The translations under genes were made by a program, and so were the position numbers. Source: a virus. Taken from it: 64,000 bases of DNA. The notes under the pieces were generated by a model that made no database searches, was not told where the DNA came from, and was given only the letters and a program-made list of their open reading frames with translations. Location: positions 32,001-96,000 of the IMG/VR virus record IMGVR_UViG_3300032092_000005; one strand, given 5' to 3'. This document shows, one piece after another, positions 23,532 through 33,995 of this stretch. The first letter of the stretch is position 1, and the number at the start of each line of letters is the position of its first letter.

Positions 23532-24753
23532 TCTCGTATTAAAAATGGATGATCACTATGTTAGTGATTTTATTAAGAATGATAGTGACGGCGAAGGTCG
23601 TAAGAAATATAGTCTAGATTTGTATCAAGATAGTAGATTTGGTGCGGTACGTCTAGAAGGTATTGCACCAGCAGAAACTATGTGGGGTCAGTATTGGTAT
23701 AGAAGTGGTATCAATGCAAGCATGACTAAAGAATTGCAAGGCATTGTTGCAGAAGTAACATCAAGAGTTAAGACTAAAGATGGTGATATCTGGCTTGACA
23801 TTGCATGTAATGACGGCACACTATTGAAGAATGTTCCTGATAACATGATCAAACTTGGTATTGATCCATGTGATGATAGCTTCCATGCAGAAAGTTCTAA
23901 AGTAGCAACTAAGGTTGTTCAAGATTATTTCAGCTATGATGCATGGCAGAAAACAGGATTCGGACACACTAAAGCTAAAGTAATTACTTGCATTGCAATG
24001 TTCTATGACTTAGATGATCCAGTTCCATTCGTACAAGATTTACACAAAGTTCTTGATGACAATGGCACATTAGTGCTTCAAATGAGCTACACACCATTAA
24101 TGGTAAAACAACTTGCGTTTGACAATATCTGCCACGAACACGTTTACTACTATGACTTGAAGAGTATCACTAAACTCTTTGCTGAGAATGGATTCGTAGT
24201 TGTTGACTGTAGCATCAACGACACTAACGGTGGCAGCTTTAGAGTGTATCTCCAAAAGAATGTTGCAGAAGTTTCTAGCTTTGCTACAGCACCTTTGCGT
24301 GACGTATGTAACTTCAGAATTAATAGCATTCTCGCATATGAAAGAATGGAGAACGATATCTCTGATCCAGAAACATGGAATCTTTTCGGACGAAGACTCG
24401 CCAAACTAAAAACTAATGTTGTAACATTCATTGAACAGGCTATCAAAGATGGCAAGACTGTTTATGGTTATGGCGCAAGTACAAAGGGCAACACATTGCT
24501 TCAATACTTTGGATTAGATCACAGGCATATTACTGCTATTGCAGAACGTAGCCCATACAAATTCGGCATGAAGACTATCGGCACAAACATTCCAATTATC
24601 AGTGAAGAAGAAATGCGCCTTGCAAAACCAGACTACATGTTAGTATTGCCTTGGCACTTCATCGATGAATTCGAGAAGCGTGAACAAGAGTACTTAAAAG
24701 GCGGCGGCACATTCATTGTTCCTTGCCCAGCATTTAAATTGATCACGGGCTAA
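23524..24753 (+). CDS. NDP-hexose C-methyltransferase
   Basis: [34 protein letters not shown]. Confidence 0.85.
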
Positions 24754-24754
24754 T

Positions 24755-25393
24755 ATGTACAACATCATTACATCTGTCGGAAGACTAAAGAATATTCCAC
24801 TAATCAAGAACCACATTGAGCCACATAACATTAAGTGGCATGTGATTACTGATGAAGACATTGGATTTAGTTTAAAATTCATTGAGCCATGGATATCGAA
24901 TTATGTATGTCCAAATGATCGAGTAGCATTTTGGGCGAGGTGTCATGGCGCATTAAATTGGTTTATTGAAACTCAAGAAATCAATGATGATGAAATGTAT
25001 TGCTTCATGAATGATGATGATGGTTATGAGTCGGACTTCTTTTCTAAAGTTACTAATGTTATTTCGGAAGTAAAGTCTACTCATAGCGTTGACGTTGATG
25101 TAGTTATTGTCAGTATGAAAAGAGGAGATGCAACTCCCCACGATGCTGGTCCAGGTAGAGGTCACGGCACTAGTACGCTTTTTGCGCATCCTGATAATAT
25201 GAGAATTGGTAGTGTTGGACTTGAACAGATTGTTGTTAGAGGTAGAGTATTGAAAAACTATAGACTTGGTATGCATATTGCTGGTGATGGAGAAATGATC
25301 AGTAGAATCACTCAAGAGAATCCTGTCGCGTATGCGCAAGATGTATATGCATTATTTAATTATTTTGAACCTGGACGTTGGAGTAAAGTATGA
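24755..25393 (+). CDS. GT-A-like glycosyltransferase
   Basis: hydrophobic strand followed by NDDD motif; cluster context. Confidence 0.55.
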   Translation: MYNIITSVGRLKNIPLIKNHIEPHNIKWHVITDEDIGFSLKFIEPWISNYVCPNDRVAFWARCHGALNWFIETQEINDDEMYCFMNDDDGYESDFFSKVTNVISEVKSTHSVDVDVVIVSMKRGDATPHDAGPGRGHGTSTLFAHPDNMRIGSVGLEQIVVRGRVLKNYRLGMHIAGDGEMISRITQENPVAYAQDVYALFNYFEPGRWSKV

Positions 25394-26361
25394 ACGGATT
25401 ATTCATTAACACTATAAAAGCTAGTTGTAGCATCTATAGCAGTGGACTAATGCTGCATCAATATCTTCAATCTTCTGAATGGAATTTAGACTATGTAGAG
25501 GTTGATAAACTGTCGGTCAATGATCTACATGAGGGAAAAATTGTTTCTGATAACTTATCTGAAGCTTATGATTTCTATATTTTTAACTATCATCCTTGGA
25601 CTATGCGACAAATGGCAGGAGTTGATGCATCACGACTATCAAAACTTCCTGGTAAAAAATATTCTATCATATTAGAAATGAATAAGAATGATGCATTCCC
25701 CAGTCACATAGGCATGAACAGATCAGGATTCGATGGATGCTTAATTATCGATCCGACATTTAAATCGGATGATCCAAAGCTTCATGCATTTCCTAGACCA
25801 ATTATAAATTGCTTACCTATGAAGAAGATAGAAGTTATTCCTGAAATTCCTATGATAGGTAGTTTTGGTTATGCAACAATAGACAAGAATTTTGAATTGA
25901 TTGTTCAACAAGCTTCTAAAGAATTCGAAAAAGCAATTGTAAGAATAAATTTACCAGTAGCACACTATGTTCCTAATGATGAATTTAATAAGATTAAGTT
26001 TGATTGTGAAAAGTATGTACGCCCCGGAATTGAATTGAGACTTACTAGAGATTACATGAGTGATAGTGACTTGGTCCAATGGTGTGGAGAAAATGATTTA
26101 AATTGTTTCATGTATAATAGAAATCTTACTGGTCTAGCAGCAACGCCAGATCAGAGTATAGCTTCAGGTGCGCCATTAGCAGTATCGGATAACACTACAT
26201 TTAGGCACTTGCATGACTACATTCGTCCATTCCCTGAGTGGACATTTAAAGACTCTATGTTAAAAAGTCAAGATGGAATTGCTAGAATGAGAGAAGCGTG
26301 GAGTAGTGAAGCTTGCGTTAACAGATTTAAAGAAATACATTTTAGCGGAGAAAATAAATGA
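25390..26361 (+). CDS. putative GT-B-like glycosyltransferase
   Basis: IGSFG...K; paralogous to next gene; context. Confidence 0.5.
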   Translation: MNGLFINTIKASCSIYSSGLMLHQYLQSSEWNLDYVEVDKLSVNDLHEGKIVSDNLSEAYDFYIFNYHPWTMRQMAGVDASRLSKLPGKKYSIILEMNKNDAFPSHIGMNRSGFDGCLIIDPTFKSDDPKLHAFPRPIINCLPMKKIEVIPEIPMIGSFGYATIDKNFELIVQQASKEFEKAIVRINLPVAHYVPNDEFNKIKFDCEKYVRPGIELRLTRDYMSDSDLVQWCGENDLNCFMYNRNLTGLAATPDQSIASGAPLAVSDNTTFRHLHDYIRPFPEWTFKDSMLKSQDGIARMREAWSSEACVNRFKEIHFSGENK

Positions 26362-27305
26362 AACAGATTGCGCTAGTTAGTGGACCAGTACAAGCATGTG
26401 GTATTTTTTATTGGGGTAGTAATGTATATGATATATTAAAGAACAGCGAGAAGTATAAATTTTATTTTGTAACTGCATCAAGCTATCAAGAATTCTTAGC
26501 AAAGACACATGATGCCGATTTAATTATCTATAATTGGCATTATGTAACTATGCCATGGTGTACGACAGAAGTTTTTACGAATACTCTAAAACCCCAATTT
26601 TTAATTCATGGCCACACATTAAATTCGGAACTAATTGATTTCACTGGCATAGATGAATTCATTACCGTAGATCCGTCAATGAATTATGGACTTAAAAACT
26701 TTCATTCTGGTTATAGACCTATTGCATATTATGATGATATCGTGTATAATAAACCCAACAGCGTATTAAAGATAGGAACTAGTGGCGTAGGTCATGATGG
26801 CAAGAACATAAATTCGATGCTAAATTTGATCAACGAGCAGTTTGATGAACCAGTCATATTCAATATTCATTGGAGCTTAGGTGACTATGCTGGAGGCACT
26901 GCCGCCGGACTAGAACAGAAGTTGAATGCATTGAAATCATTAGCAAAGCCTAACGTAGAATTAAATTTTACTATAAAACGACTGTCGGAATATGATAACG
27001 TAAAATGGCTCAACAATAATGATATCAATCTATACATGTATAATAATTATGATTGTGATGGTGTAAGTGCTAGTGTAGATAAAGCATTAGCAGCAAAGAA
27101 GCCCATCGGCGTAAACACTACAGGATATTTTAGACACATCATATCAGACGAAATTAACATAGATAAAACACCCATTAAAAACATTATCAATAGTGGAATA
27201 GCTCCAATAGAAAAATATTATAATATGTGGAACCCTAAAACATTTTTAAAACAATACGAAGATATCTTTGATGAATTCTTCAAACGAGACTATGTTAAAA
27301 TTTGA
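26358..27305 (+). CDS. putative GT-B-like glycosyltransferase
   Basis: CGI; IGTSG..K; G.S...D.ALA..KP. Confidence 0.5.
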   Translation: MKQIALVSGPVQACGIFYWGSNVYDILKNSEKYKFYFVTASSYQEFLAKTHDADLIIYNWHYVTMPWCTTEVFTNTLKPQFLIHGHTLNSELIDFTGIDEFITVDPSMNYGLKNFHSGYRPIAYYDDIVYNKPNSVLKIGTSGVGHDGKNINSMLNLINEQFDEPVIFNIHWSLGDYAGGTAAGLEQKLNALKSLAKPNVELNFTIKRLSEYDNVKWLNNNDINLYMYNNYDCDGVSASVDKALAAKKPIGVNTTGYFRHIISDEINIDKTPIKNIINSGIAPIEKYYNMWNPKTFLKQYEDIFDEFFKRDYVKI

Positions 27306-28020
27306 TATCGTATTGCAGGGCGAATTCACACCCTTTACAAAAGTAATTATTGAGGAGTATCAAAAGCTTCCATTTGTAGAAAATATTATACTTTCCACAT
27401 ACGAAACTTCAGACATACCGAATGATGTAAACGTTATCTTCAACGAATTGGTTTTTCCTAGAGGATTAGGCAATCGCAATCTTCAAATCAATACATCAAA
27501 GAATGGACTATCATTAGTGCAAAGTAAATACTGCATTAAGATGAGAACGGATCAACTCATTAGAGACATGCCATTAATGTATGAGTACTGGAACAAAGAC
27601 AGAAGAGAAGATGGTAAAGTATTTGTTATGGGAATGTATAAAGCATTTCCATATCATCCCAGAGATCATGTATTTTGGGGTAGAACAGAAGACGTAGTAA
27701 ATGTATTTGATGTTCCCTTTGATATTGAAAGAGGCTCAAATCAAGATTATACATACAATACAAGAGCAGAAACCTATATTGGGCAGTATTATTATGCAAG
27801 ATTCGATTCATCTATATGGGATCATATAAACGATCCACTCACGTTCCTAGTTGATAGTGCAATAAGAAAAAATGAAGCACTTGAAAAAGATTATAAACTT
27901 AGAGATAGAGTTTTTGTTCCTTTTCCTAGAGTCAGCATGGCATGGCCTAAACATGGACTGAACGAATATCATTATCACATCGGACAAACGCTTACGGAGT
28001 ATTGGGGAAAAAATGATTAA
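27292..28020 (+). CDS. WavE-like lipopolysaccharide synthesis protein
   Basis: IVLQG, ILST, NRNLQI.TS..GL, K.RTD, D..FWG. Confidence 0.65.
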   Translation: MLKFDIVLQGEFTPFTKVIIEEYQKLPFVENIILSTYETSDIPNDVNVIFNELVFPRGLGNRNLQINTSKNGLSLVQSKYCIKMRTDQLIRDMPLMYEYWNKDRREDGKVFVMGMYKAFPYHPRDHVFWGRTEDVVNVFDVPFDIERGSNQDYTYNTRAETYIGQYYYARFDSSIWDHINDPLTFLVDSAIRKNEALEKDYKLRDRVFVPFPRVSMAWPKHGLNEYHYHIGQTLTEYWGKND

Positions 28021-28549
28021 ACTTATTCTTCTTGATGTTGATGGTGTAATGACAGATGGTAGAAAATACTACGACAAAGATGGCGCCGTCATACTTAAAA
28101 CATTTTGTGATAAAGACTGGACTGCAATCAAGCGATTCCGAGCGTTAGGAATTGAAGTTGCTTTTCTTTCTGGTGACGGCTTCAATGCAAATATTGCAAA
28201 AAATAGAAACATACCATTCTATCTAAATCGAAGTAATGGAAAACATTCTGATAAATTAGGATTTCTTCCTAAAATATGTGATGATTTTAATGTAGAAGCT
28301 GAAAATATTCTTTATGTTGGTGATGATATCTTTGATGTAAGAATTGCAAAAGCAGTAGGACATGCATATTGTCCATGTGATGCAGTATTTGATATGATAT
28401 ATGAATGTAAAATATTATCTCGAAATGGCGGTGATAATGTTATTGAAGCTTTATTTGAAGAGTTAACTGTAAATGAGTTAATTCCAAGTTATGATTTTGA
28501 TGGACATTTAGATGCAGTATATGAATTGGACGAGAAAGAGAAATTCTAA
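28013..28549 (+). CDS. KdsC-family HAD phosphatase
   Basis: DVDGVMTDG; YVGDD..D; GG. Confidence 0.8.
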   Translation: MIKLILLDVDGVMTDGRKYYDKDGAVILKTFCDKDWTAIKRFRALGIEVAFLSGDGFNANIAKNRNIPFYLNRSNGKHSDKLGFLPKICDDFNVEAENILYVGDDIFDVRIAKAVGHAYCPCDAVFDMIYECKILSRNGGDNVIEALFEELTVNELIPSYDFDGHLDAVYELDEKEKF

Positions 28550-29205
28550 TGCATGACATAGCACTATATGGACATTTAGTATTTGATACAATTAATGATT
28601 ATTCAAAAACTGAAAACGAAATTGGTGGCATAGTAAATGTTTGGAAAGCATTAACTAGTTTCAACACGACATTAAAACTTTATGTTTGTCCAACAAATAT
28701 TGGCACATCAACTATTACAATCGATAAAGAAAATAGTCAACGCACTAGCGAATCACAATTAAATTCTATTGTAGTTAATGTAAAATGCGAACCAAGTATT
28801 ATCAGTCATATTGCATATATCAATTATATTGACGATTTAAGCTTTTTAGAAAATATAAAGTCGAATTTAATTTTTGCTGATGTATGTTCTGGTAAAGAGA
28901 TAGACAAAGAAGCATACAAATACTTAGATTATATTTTTGTATCAGAAGAAGATATAGGCATATTAAAAGATATTGAAGAGTTTGATGGCATAGTTATTAC
29001 ACATTCACCAATGAAGAGTTATGACAATAAAGGTAAGTTTTTTGTTCTTGATGAAGATAGATATATAAAAGGTGTAAACGTATTGGGTGCTGGAGATTAC
29101 TATGCAGCACGTTTCATGCATGAAAAGTTGCATCATAAATCGGATTATCAGTCTATGGTAGCTTCTCACATATCAACCACAAACTATTTGAAAAGTAAAT
29201 TATGA
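28549..29205 (+). CDS. PfkB-like carbohydrate kinase
   Basis: C-terminal GAGD motif. Confidence 0.55.
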   Translation: MHDIALYGHLVFDTINDYSKTENEIGGIVNVWKALTSFNTTLKLYVCPTNIGTSTITIDKENSQRTSESQLNSIVVNVKCEPSIISHIAYINYIDDLSFLENIKSNLIFADVCSGKEIDKEAYKYLDYIFVSEEDIGILKDIEEFDGIVITHSPMKSYDNKGKFFVLDEDRYIKGVNVLGAGDYYAARFMHEKLHHKSDYQSMVASHISTTNYLKSKL

Positions 29206-30362
29206 AAACAAATGTATTGGTACCTATGGCAGGTTTGGGTAGTCGCTTTCAAAAAGAAGGCTTTACTGTACCTAAACAATTAATTAATATTAAAGATAGA
29301 CAATTAATTGATATCTCATTAGACTGTTTAAATACTACAGACTGCAATTTAATTTTTATTATTCGTGATGACCATGTTTATAATTTTAGAATGGATGAAA
29401 TTCTAAGAATGAAATTTGGTGATGATATTAAAGTTGTTGTTCTAGATCACTTAACTAGAGGCTCGGTTGAAAGTTGCTTATATGCAGCCGAGTATATTGA
29501 TAATGATGCGCCTCTTGTTATTCATACATTAGATATCGAATTTAGTCCAGTATTTGATCCAAAAACTGTTGGTGAAATCATTGATGCTGATGGCGTATTA
29601 TTAACATTCAAATCAAATAGTGCAAATTATAGTTATGCTAAATTAGATAAAGATGGTTATTACGTAACTGAAACTGCTGAAAAGAAAGCAATTAGTTCTG
29701 ATGCGTGCGTAGGTATTTATGGATTCAAACGCGGATCAGATTTTTGTAATTATGCAAGAAAAATGATTGAAAACGATATTCGTACAAACAATGAATTTTA
29801 TATTGCACCACTATACAATCTTTTAATTAATAATGGACTTAAGATTATTACAGTACCAGTAGAAAAAATGCATGTATTTGGTACGCCTGATGAATTTAGA
29901 TTTTATAAAAAGAATGTCATGAAGCGTTTTGGTGATAAGCCTGTTGCTTTATGTAGCGACCATTCTGGGTTTGAAGCTAAAGAATTATTTAAATCTATTT
30001 TGAGTGATATGGATGTACCGTATATTGATTATGGAACTGTTGTTAATCGTGACTGCAATTACAAAGACTTTATTAGTCAAGCAGTTAAAGGAATAGAAGA
30101 TGGTGATTGTGACTTTGCATTTAGTTTCTGTAGAACTGGTCAGGGTGTAAATATATGTGCAAACAAATATAAAGGAATTCGTTCTGCATTGATCTATGAT
30201 AATAATGCTATGGAAATGGCAATACGCCATAACTGCGCAAACTTCTTTGCTATACCTGCAATAAATGCTACAGTAGAAAACTTACAAGAGTATATTGAAA
30301 TTGGATTTCAGCATTCATTTGATGGAGGCAGACACCAAATTAGAATACAGGAACTTGAATGA
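29202..30362 (+). CDS. sugar nucleotidyltransferase fused to RpiB-like isomerase
   Basis: PMAGLGSRF..PK; C-terminal SDHSG, CRTGQG, ANK, RHN.AN, FDGGRH. Confidence 0.85.
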   Translation: MKTNVLVPMAGLGSRFQKEGFTVPKQLINIKDRQLIDISLDCLNTTDCNLIFIIRDDHVYNFRMDEILRMKFGDDIKVVVLDHLTRGSVESCLYAAEYIDNDAPLVIHTLDIEFSPVFDPKTVGEIIDADGVLLTFKSNSANYSYAKLDKDGYYVTETAEKKAISSDACVGIYGFKRGSDFCNYARKMIENDIRTNNEFYIAPLYNLLINNGLKIITVPVEKMHVFGTPDEFRFYKKNVMKRFGDKPVALCSDHSGFEAKELFKSILSDMDVPYIDYGTVVNRDCNYKDFISQAVKGIEDGDCDFAFSFCRTGQGVNICANKYKGIRSALIYDNNAMEMAIRHNCANFFAIPAINATVENLQEYIEIGFQHSFDGGRHQIRIQELE

Positions 30363-30688
30363 AAGTATCAAACATAAATGATTATGTAAAAGGATGGTTT
30401 GTAGGAGACTTTAATCCATCTATTTTTAATAATTCATTTTTTGAGGTCGGTCACCACAAACACAGAAAAGGTGAAGACACATTTCCACACTATCATAAAG
30501 TCACAACAGAACTTAACTACATTGTCCGAGGAGAACTTATTGTATCCAGCAAACATCTCAAAGAAGGTGATATGTGGACATACGAAAAGAATGAAGTTTC
30601 TGATGTAGAATTTTTAACTGATGTTGAATTGATAGTAATTCGTTGGCCCAGCATACCGAGTGATAAATATGAAATTAATTGCACATAG
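30359..30688 (+). CDS. cupin-fold protein
   Basis: KGWFVGDF.P; HYHK..TE. Confidence 0.65.
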   Translation: MKVSNINDYVKGWFVGDFNPSIFNNSFFEVGHHKHRKGEDTFPHYHKVTTELNYIVRGELIVSSKHLKEGDMWTYEKNEVSDVEFLTDVELIVIRWPSIPSDKYEINCT

Positions 30689-31115
30689 AGGACTACTTAA
30701 TGGTCCAGATGTTAACCTTGAGAATCGTCCCGAACAAATTGAATTGGCACTGTCTCTAGGATTTGATTGTGAAATTGATCTTTGGTTAGTTAATTCTGAA
30801 TTTTATTTAGGACACGATAGACCAGACTATGCAGTTGATAAATCATTCTTAAATAATTTTGGACTGTGGATACATGCCAAAAATTTATCGGCATTACGTT
30901 GGCTAACTGATACCACCGGGCTGTGCTATTTCTGGCATGAAAAAGACCAATTCACTTTAACAAGCAATAAATTTATCTGGACTTATCCAGGCAAAGAACT
31001 AACTCAACGTAGCATAGCAGTTCTACCAGAATTGCTTGATCCTGAATTTAAAAATCTACCAACCAACTGTTTTGGTATATGTTCAGATTACGTAGAAAAA
31101 ATGCAGTCTAAATAA
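30669..31115 (+). CDS. glycerophosphodiester phosphodiesterase-like protein
   Basis: IAHRG..EN; EIDLW; GHD; GICSD. Confidence 0.7.
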   Translation: MKLIAHRGLLNGPDVNLENRPEQIELALSLGFDCEIDLWLVNSEFYLGHDRPDYAVDKSFLNNFGLWIHAKNLSALRWLTDTTGLCYFWHEKDQFTLTSNKFIWTYPGKELTQRSIAVLPELLDPEFKNLPTNCFGICSDYVEKMQSK

Positions 31116-31164
31116 ATGTCCACCCTGCGGTGGATATTTCAAAACCACAACGAAAGGAAATGAT

Positions 31165-31653
31165 ATGAAAGCTATCATGGCTTTACTATCTTCATTATTT
31201 TTGTGTGTACTAATGGCATCATCAAGCTATGCCAACACAAATGCAATTAAATTATCAGCAGACTCAAGCAAGTCTGACGTATATTGGATGGCAATGAACA
31301 TCTATTACGAAGCAGGCAATCAACCACTAATCGGAAAGATTGCAGTTGGTGTAGTCACACTGAACAGGCTTCACGACAAACGTTTTCCAAAAAACATCCG
31401 TGACGTAGTTACTCAACCATCACAGTTTTCTTGGTACTCAGCTAAGAGTGCAGCGCCACCTGCCAATAACAAAATGTGGAAAGAATCGTATCGTGTCGCT
31501 AGTTTGCTATTGACAAAAGCTGCTGGAAATGATATAATAGATATTCTCGAAGGTGCAACACATTTTCATGCTAACAACATAAAACCTATCTGGGTTAGTA
31601 CTGTCACTAAGATTGCGACTATTGAAGGTCACACATTCTATCGAATGAAATAA
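31165..31653 (+). CDS. cell wall hydrolase (SleB/Hydrolase_2)
   Basis: NIYYEAG; V.LNR; QFSW; GATHFH; HTFY. Confidence 0.88.
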   Translation: MKAIMALLSSLFLCVLMASSSYANTNAIKLSADSSKSDVYWMAMNIYYEAGNQPLIGKIAVGVVTLNRLHDKRFPKNIRDVVTQPSQFSWYSAKSAAPPANNKMWKESYRVASLLLTKAAGNDIIDILEGATHFHANNIKPIWVSTVTKIATIEGHTFYRMK

Positions 31654-31666
31654 AAAGGAATTAATT

Positions 31667-31906
31667 ATGGATTTAAAGATTTTGACACAGAAGGAATTTG
31701 AAGCTGAAATAAAACAGATTCAAAAAGACAAGCATCCGATACCTCTTATCGATGCTATTCTAGAGTTTTGTGACAAAAAGAATATTGAGATTGAAACAGC
31801 AGCATCATTGATTACGCCTAGAATGAAAACTGCACTTGAAGGCGAAGCTATGAAAGCTCGCATGATTACACCTAAGGCGCGATTACCTATAGAACTTGAG
31901 GACTAA
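31667..31906 (+). CDS. 33: late transcription coactivator gp33
   Basis: DAILEFC...IEIETAA.LI...K..LE.EA; precedes gp59/gp32. Confidence 0.8.
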   Translation: MDLKILTQKEFEAEIKQIQKDKHPIPLIDAILEFCDKKNIEIETAASLITPRMKTALEGEAMKARMITPKARLPIELED

Positions 31907-31909
31907 CAT

Positions 31910-32296
31910 ATGCAATGGAAAATTACACCGTCAACTAAAAAATCTATTCTCGACAAGACTTATTGGTACAAAGGGGACATGCGAGTTTGCCAAGAAACTG
32001 GTTGGCGAACGGGCGAGTTTTTTGTAGAGCCTATGCCCGGCGTTACAATTGAACAATATCTATCATGTAAAGACGATGAAATTATTCTCCATGAAGAATT
32101 TGATGTAGTTGACTTTTCTACAGAAGATGGCTGCTGGCAAGAATACACATACTCAGATGATATGTCCGATGAAGACATTGAAGTCATTGAGCAGTTCTTA
32201 GAAGACGGTGGTGATTTATCTGATGATGGTTGGGAATGTGTTGACTCAGAAGTAATCATTCAAGGCGACATTGAGATTGAAGAGGTCAACGACTGA
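31910..32296 (+). CDS. acidic hypothetical protein
   Basis: 128 aa ORF. Confidence 0.65.
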   Translation: MQWKITPSTKKSILDKTYWYKGDMRVCQETGWRTGEFFVEPMPGVTIEQYLSCKDDEIILHEEFDVVDFSTEDGCWQEYTYSDDMSDEDIEVIEQFLEDGGDLSDDGWECVDSEVIIQGDIEIEEVND

Positions 32297-32892
32297 TGAA
32301 AATGGATGCAATAGACGCATACAAATATTATTTAGGAATAAAGAACCACTTCACTAGAGATAGCTACGATTGGTTCAAGTACAATAAAAAGGTCAATGTC
32401 ACCTACGACTCTTTCATGAAGAGAAAAGACAAGTTATTTTTTGCTAGGCTTGGTAATAGAAAAGACGAATACTTAGAAGAATTTCTAGTAGCAAACTTTC
32501 TAATTGATGCTAAGATATGGGTAGGAGAACTCCTATCAGAAGAATGCGAAGAGCGATATAAAGATTGGAAGAAGCGTCAAGAATCTTTGACGTATTTGTT
32601 CAAGAACGAAATAGACTTTCTATCAGGACTTACTCCTGAAGAACTAAATGAATTTTTTGAAACGAGAAGTGGAGATCATCCACGGATCATCAAGAAGTAC
32701 TTGCGGCATGAAATCAGTTTAGAGACACTATCTATTCTGAATTCTATCTTGCATTTTAACAAGCGTTATGATACAATGGTTCACGATCCTATATACAGAG
32801 AGGTAAGCAAGCTATGCAAAAAATACCAGCCCTTTTTAAGGTACGATACGGTCAAGATGAAAAGCGCATTGCGCGAAGTAGTAATGAGTTAG
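32296..32892 (+). CDS. 59: helicase loader gp59
   Basis: Y..YL..K.HF....YD..KY; F.KRKD; ISLET. Confidence 0.85.
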   Translation: MKMDAIDAYKYYLGIKNHFTRDSYDWFKYNKKVNVTYDSFMKRKDKLFFARLGNRKDEYLEEFLVANFLIDAKIWVGELLSEECEERYKDWKKRQESLTYLFKNEIDFLSGLTPEELNEFFETRSGDHPRIIKKYLRHEISLETLSILNSILHFNKRYDTMVHDPIYREVSKLCKKYQPFLRYDTVKMKSALREVVMS

Positions 32893-33044
32893 TTTCAACA
32901 GCAAAGGCACCTCAGCATCAAAGCAAGAAAAGGGTGTGTGTGCTATTGACTAATATGAAGAATTCTGATATACTATATACTAGTACATCATGAAGCAAGT
33001 GGATAAGAAAATATATTTAACATACAACATACAAGGAAATACAT

Positions 33045-33947
33045 ATGGCAACATCATTCGCAGATTTGAAAAAATCACGCAACAAAGACATGGAGACATT
33101 GACAGCACAAGTCTCTAAACTCAGCAGCAAAGACGGAGAAAAGAAATCGTATATCGATGATCGTTTTTGGAAACCTCTAGTAGATAAAGCAGGTAACGGA
33201 TTCGCAGTAATTCGCTTTCTTCCTGCACCCGAAGGTGAAGACATGCCTTGGGTTCAAACATTCTCCCACTCATTCCAAGGTCCTACTACAGGTCTATGGT
33301 ACATCGAAAATTCTTTGACTACCCTCAACAAGAAGGATCCAGTTTCAGAGTTCAACACACTTCTGTGGAATACAGGCAGTGATGCAGACAAAGAAGTTGC
33401 ACGTAAGCAAAAGCGTAAGCTTTCGTATATTGCAAACATCTATGTTGTAAGCGATCCAGCTAATTCGGACAATGACGGTAAAGTGTTCTTGTTCAAATTT
33501 GGTAAGAAGATTTTCGACAAGTTGAATGACTTGATGAATCCTGAGTTCCCAGATGAAGAGCCACGCAACCCATTCGACCTATGGACAGGCGCTAACTTCA
33601 AGTTGAAGATTCGTAAAGTTGAAGGCTATCAGAACTACGACAAGTCGGAGTTTGATAAAGATGGTCCAGTTTCTGGAGATGAAGATCACATGGAACGTAT
33701 TTGGAATTCTGAATACAAGCTTACTGAATTCTTATCTGAATCCAACTTCAAGTCTTATGACGAATTGAAGACTAAGTTGAACAAAGTTCTTGGCTTAGAT
33801 GGTTATGTTGCACCAGCAACAGCAAGCCGTGAATCGGCACCAACACAACAAGAAGCATTCAAGCCTAAGGCTAAAACTGTTTCTCAAGTTGTTCAAGAAG
33901 ATGATGATGACGGACTTAGCTACTTTGAGAAGTTAGCTGAAGACTAA
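33045..33947 (+). CDS. 32: single-stranded DNA-binding protein gp32
   Basis: DKAGNG.AVIRFLP; WYIENSLTT; GKKIFDK; acidic tail. Confidence 0.95.
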   Translation: MATSFADLKKSRNKDMETLTAQVSKLSSKDGEKKSYIDDRFWKPLVDKAGNGFAVIRFLPAPEGEDMPWVQTFSHSFQGPTTGLWYIENSLTTLNKKDPVSEFNTLLWNTGSDADKEVARKQKRKLSYIANIYVVSDPANSDNDGKVFLFKFGKKIFDKLNDLMNPEFPDEEPRNPFDLWTGANFKLKIRKVEGYQNYDKSEFDKDGPVSGDEDHMERIWNSEYKLTEFLSESNFKSYDELKTKLNKVLGLDGYVAPATASRESAPTQQEAFKPKAKTVSQVVQEDDDDGLSYFEKLAED

Positions 33948-33965
33948 AATCTAGTCTTACTCAAT

Positions 33966-33995
33966 AAAAATGGAACCTTAGGGTTCCATTTTTTT
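33966..33995. terminator. bidirectional intrinsic terminator
   Basis: AAAAATGGAACC-TTAG-GGTTCCATTTTT between convergent genes. Confidence 0.8.

Noticed and set aside
32905-32945. Possible gene-32-type autoregulatory pseudoknot (GCACCT/GGGTGT, AGCA/TGCT)
   Set aside because: The helices are short, lie upstream of an apparent promoter and about 100 nt from the start codon, and cannot be distinguished from chance.
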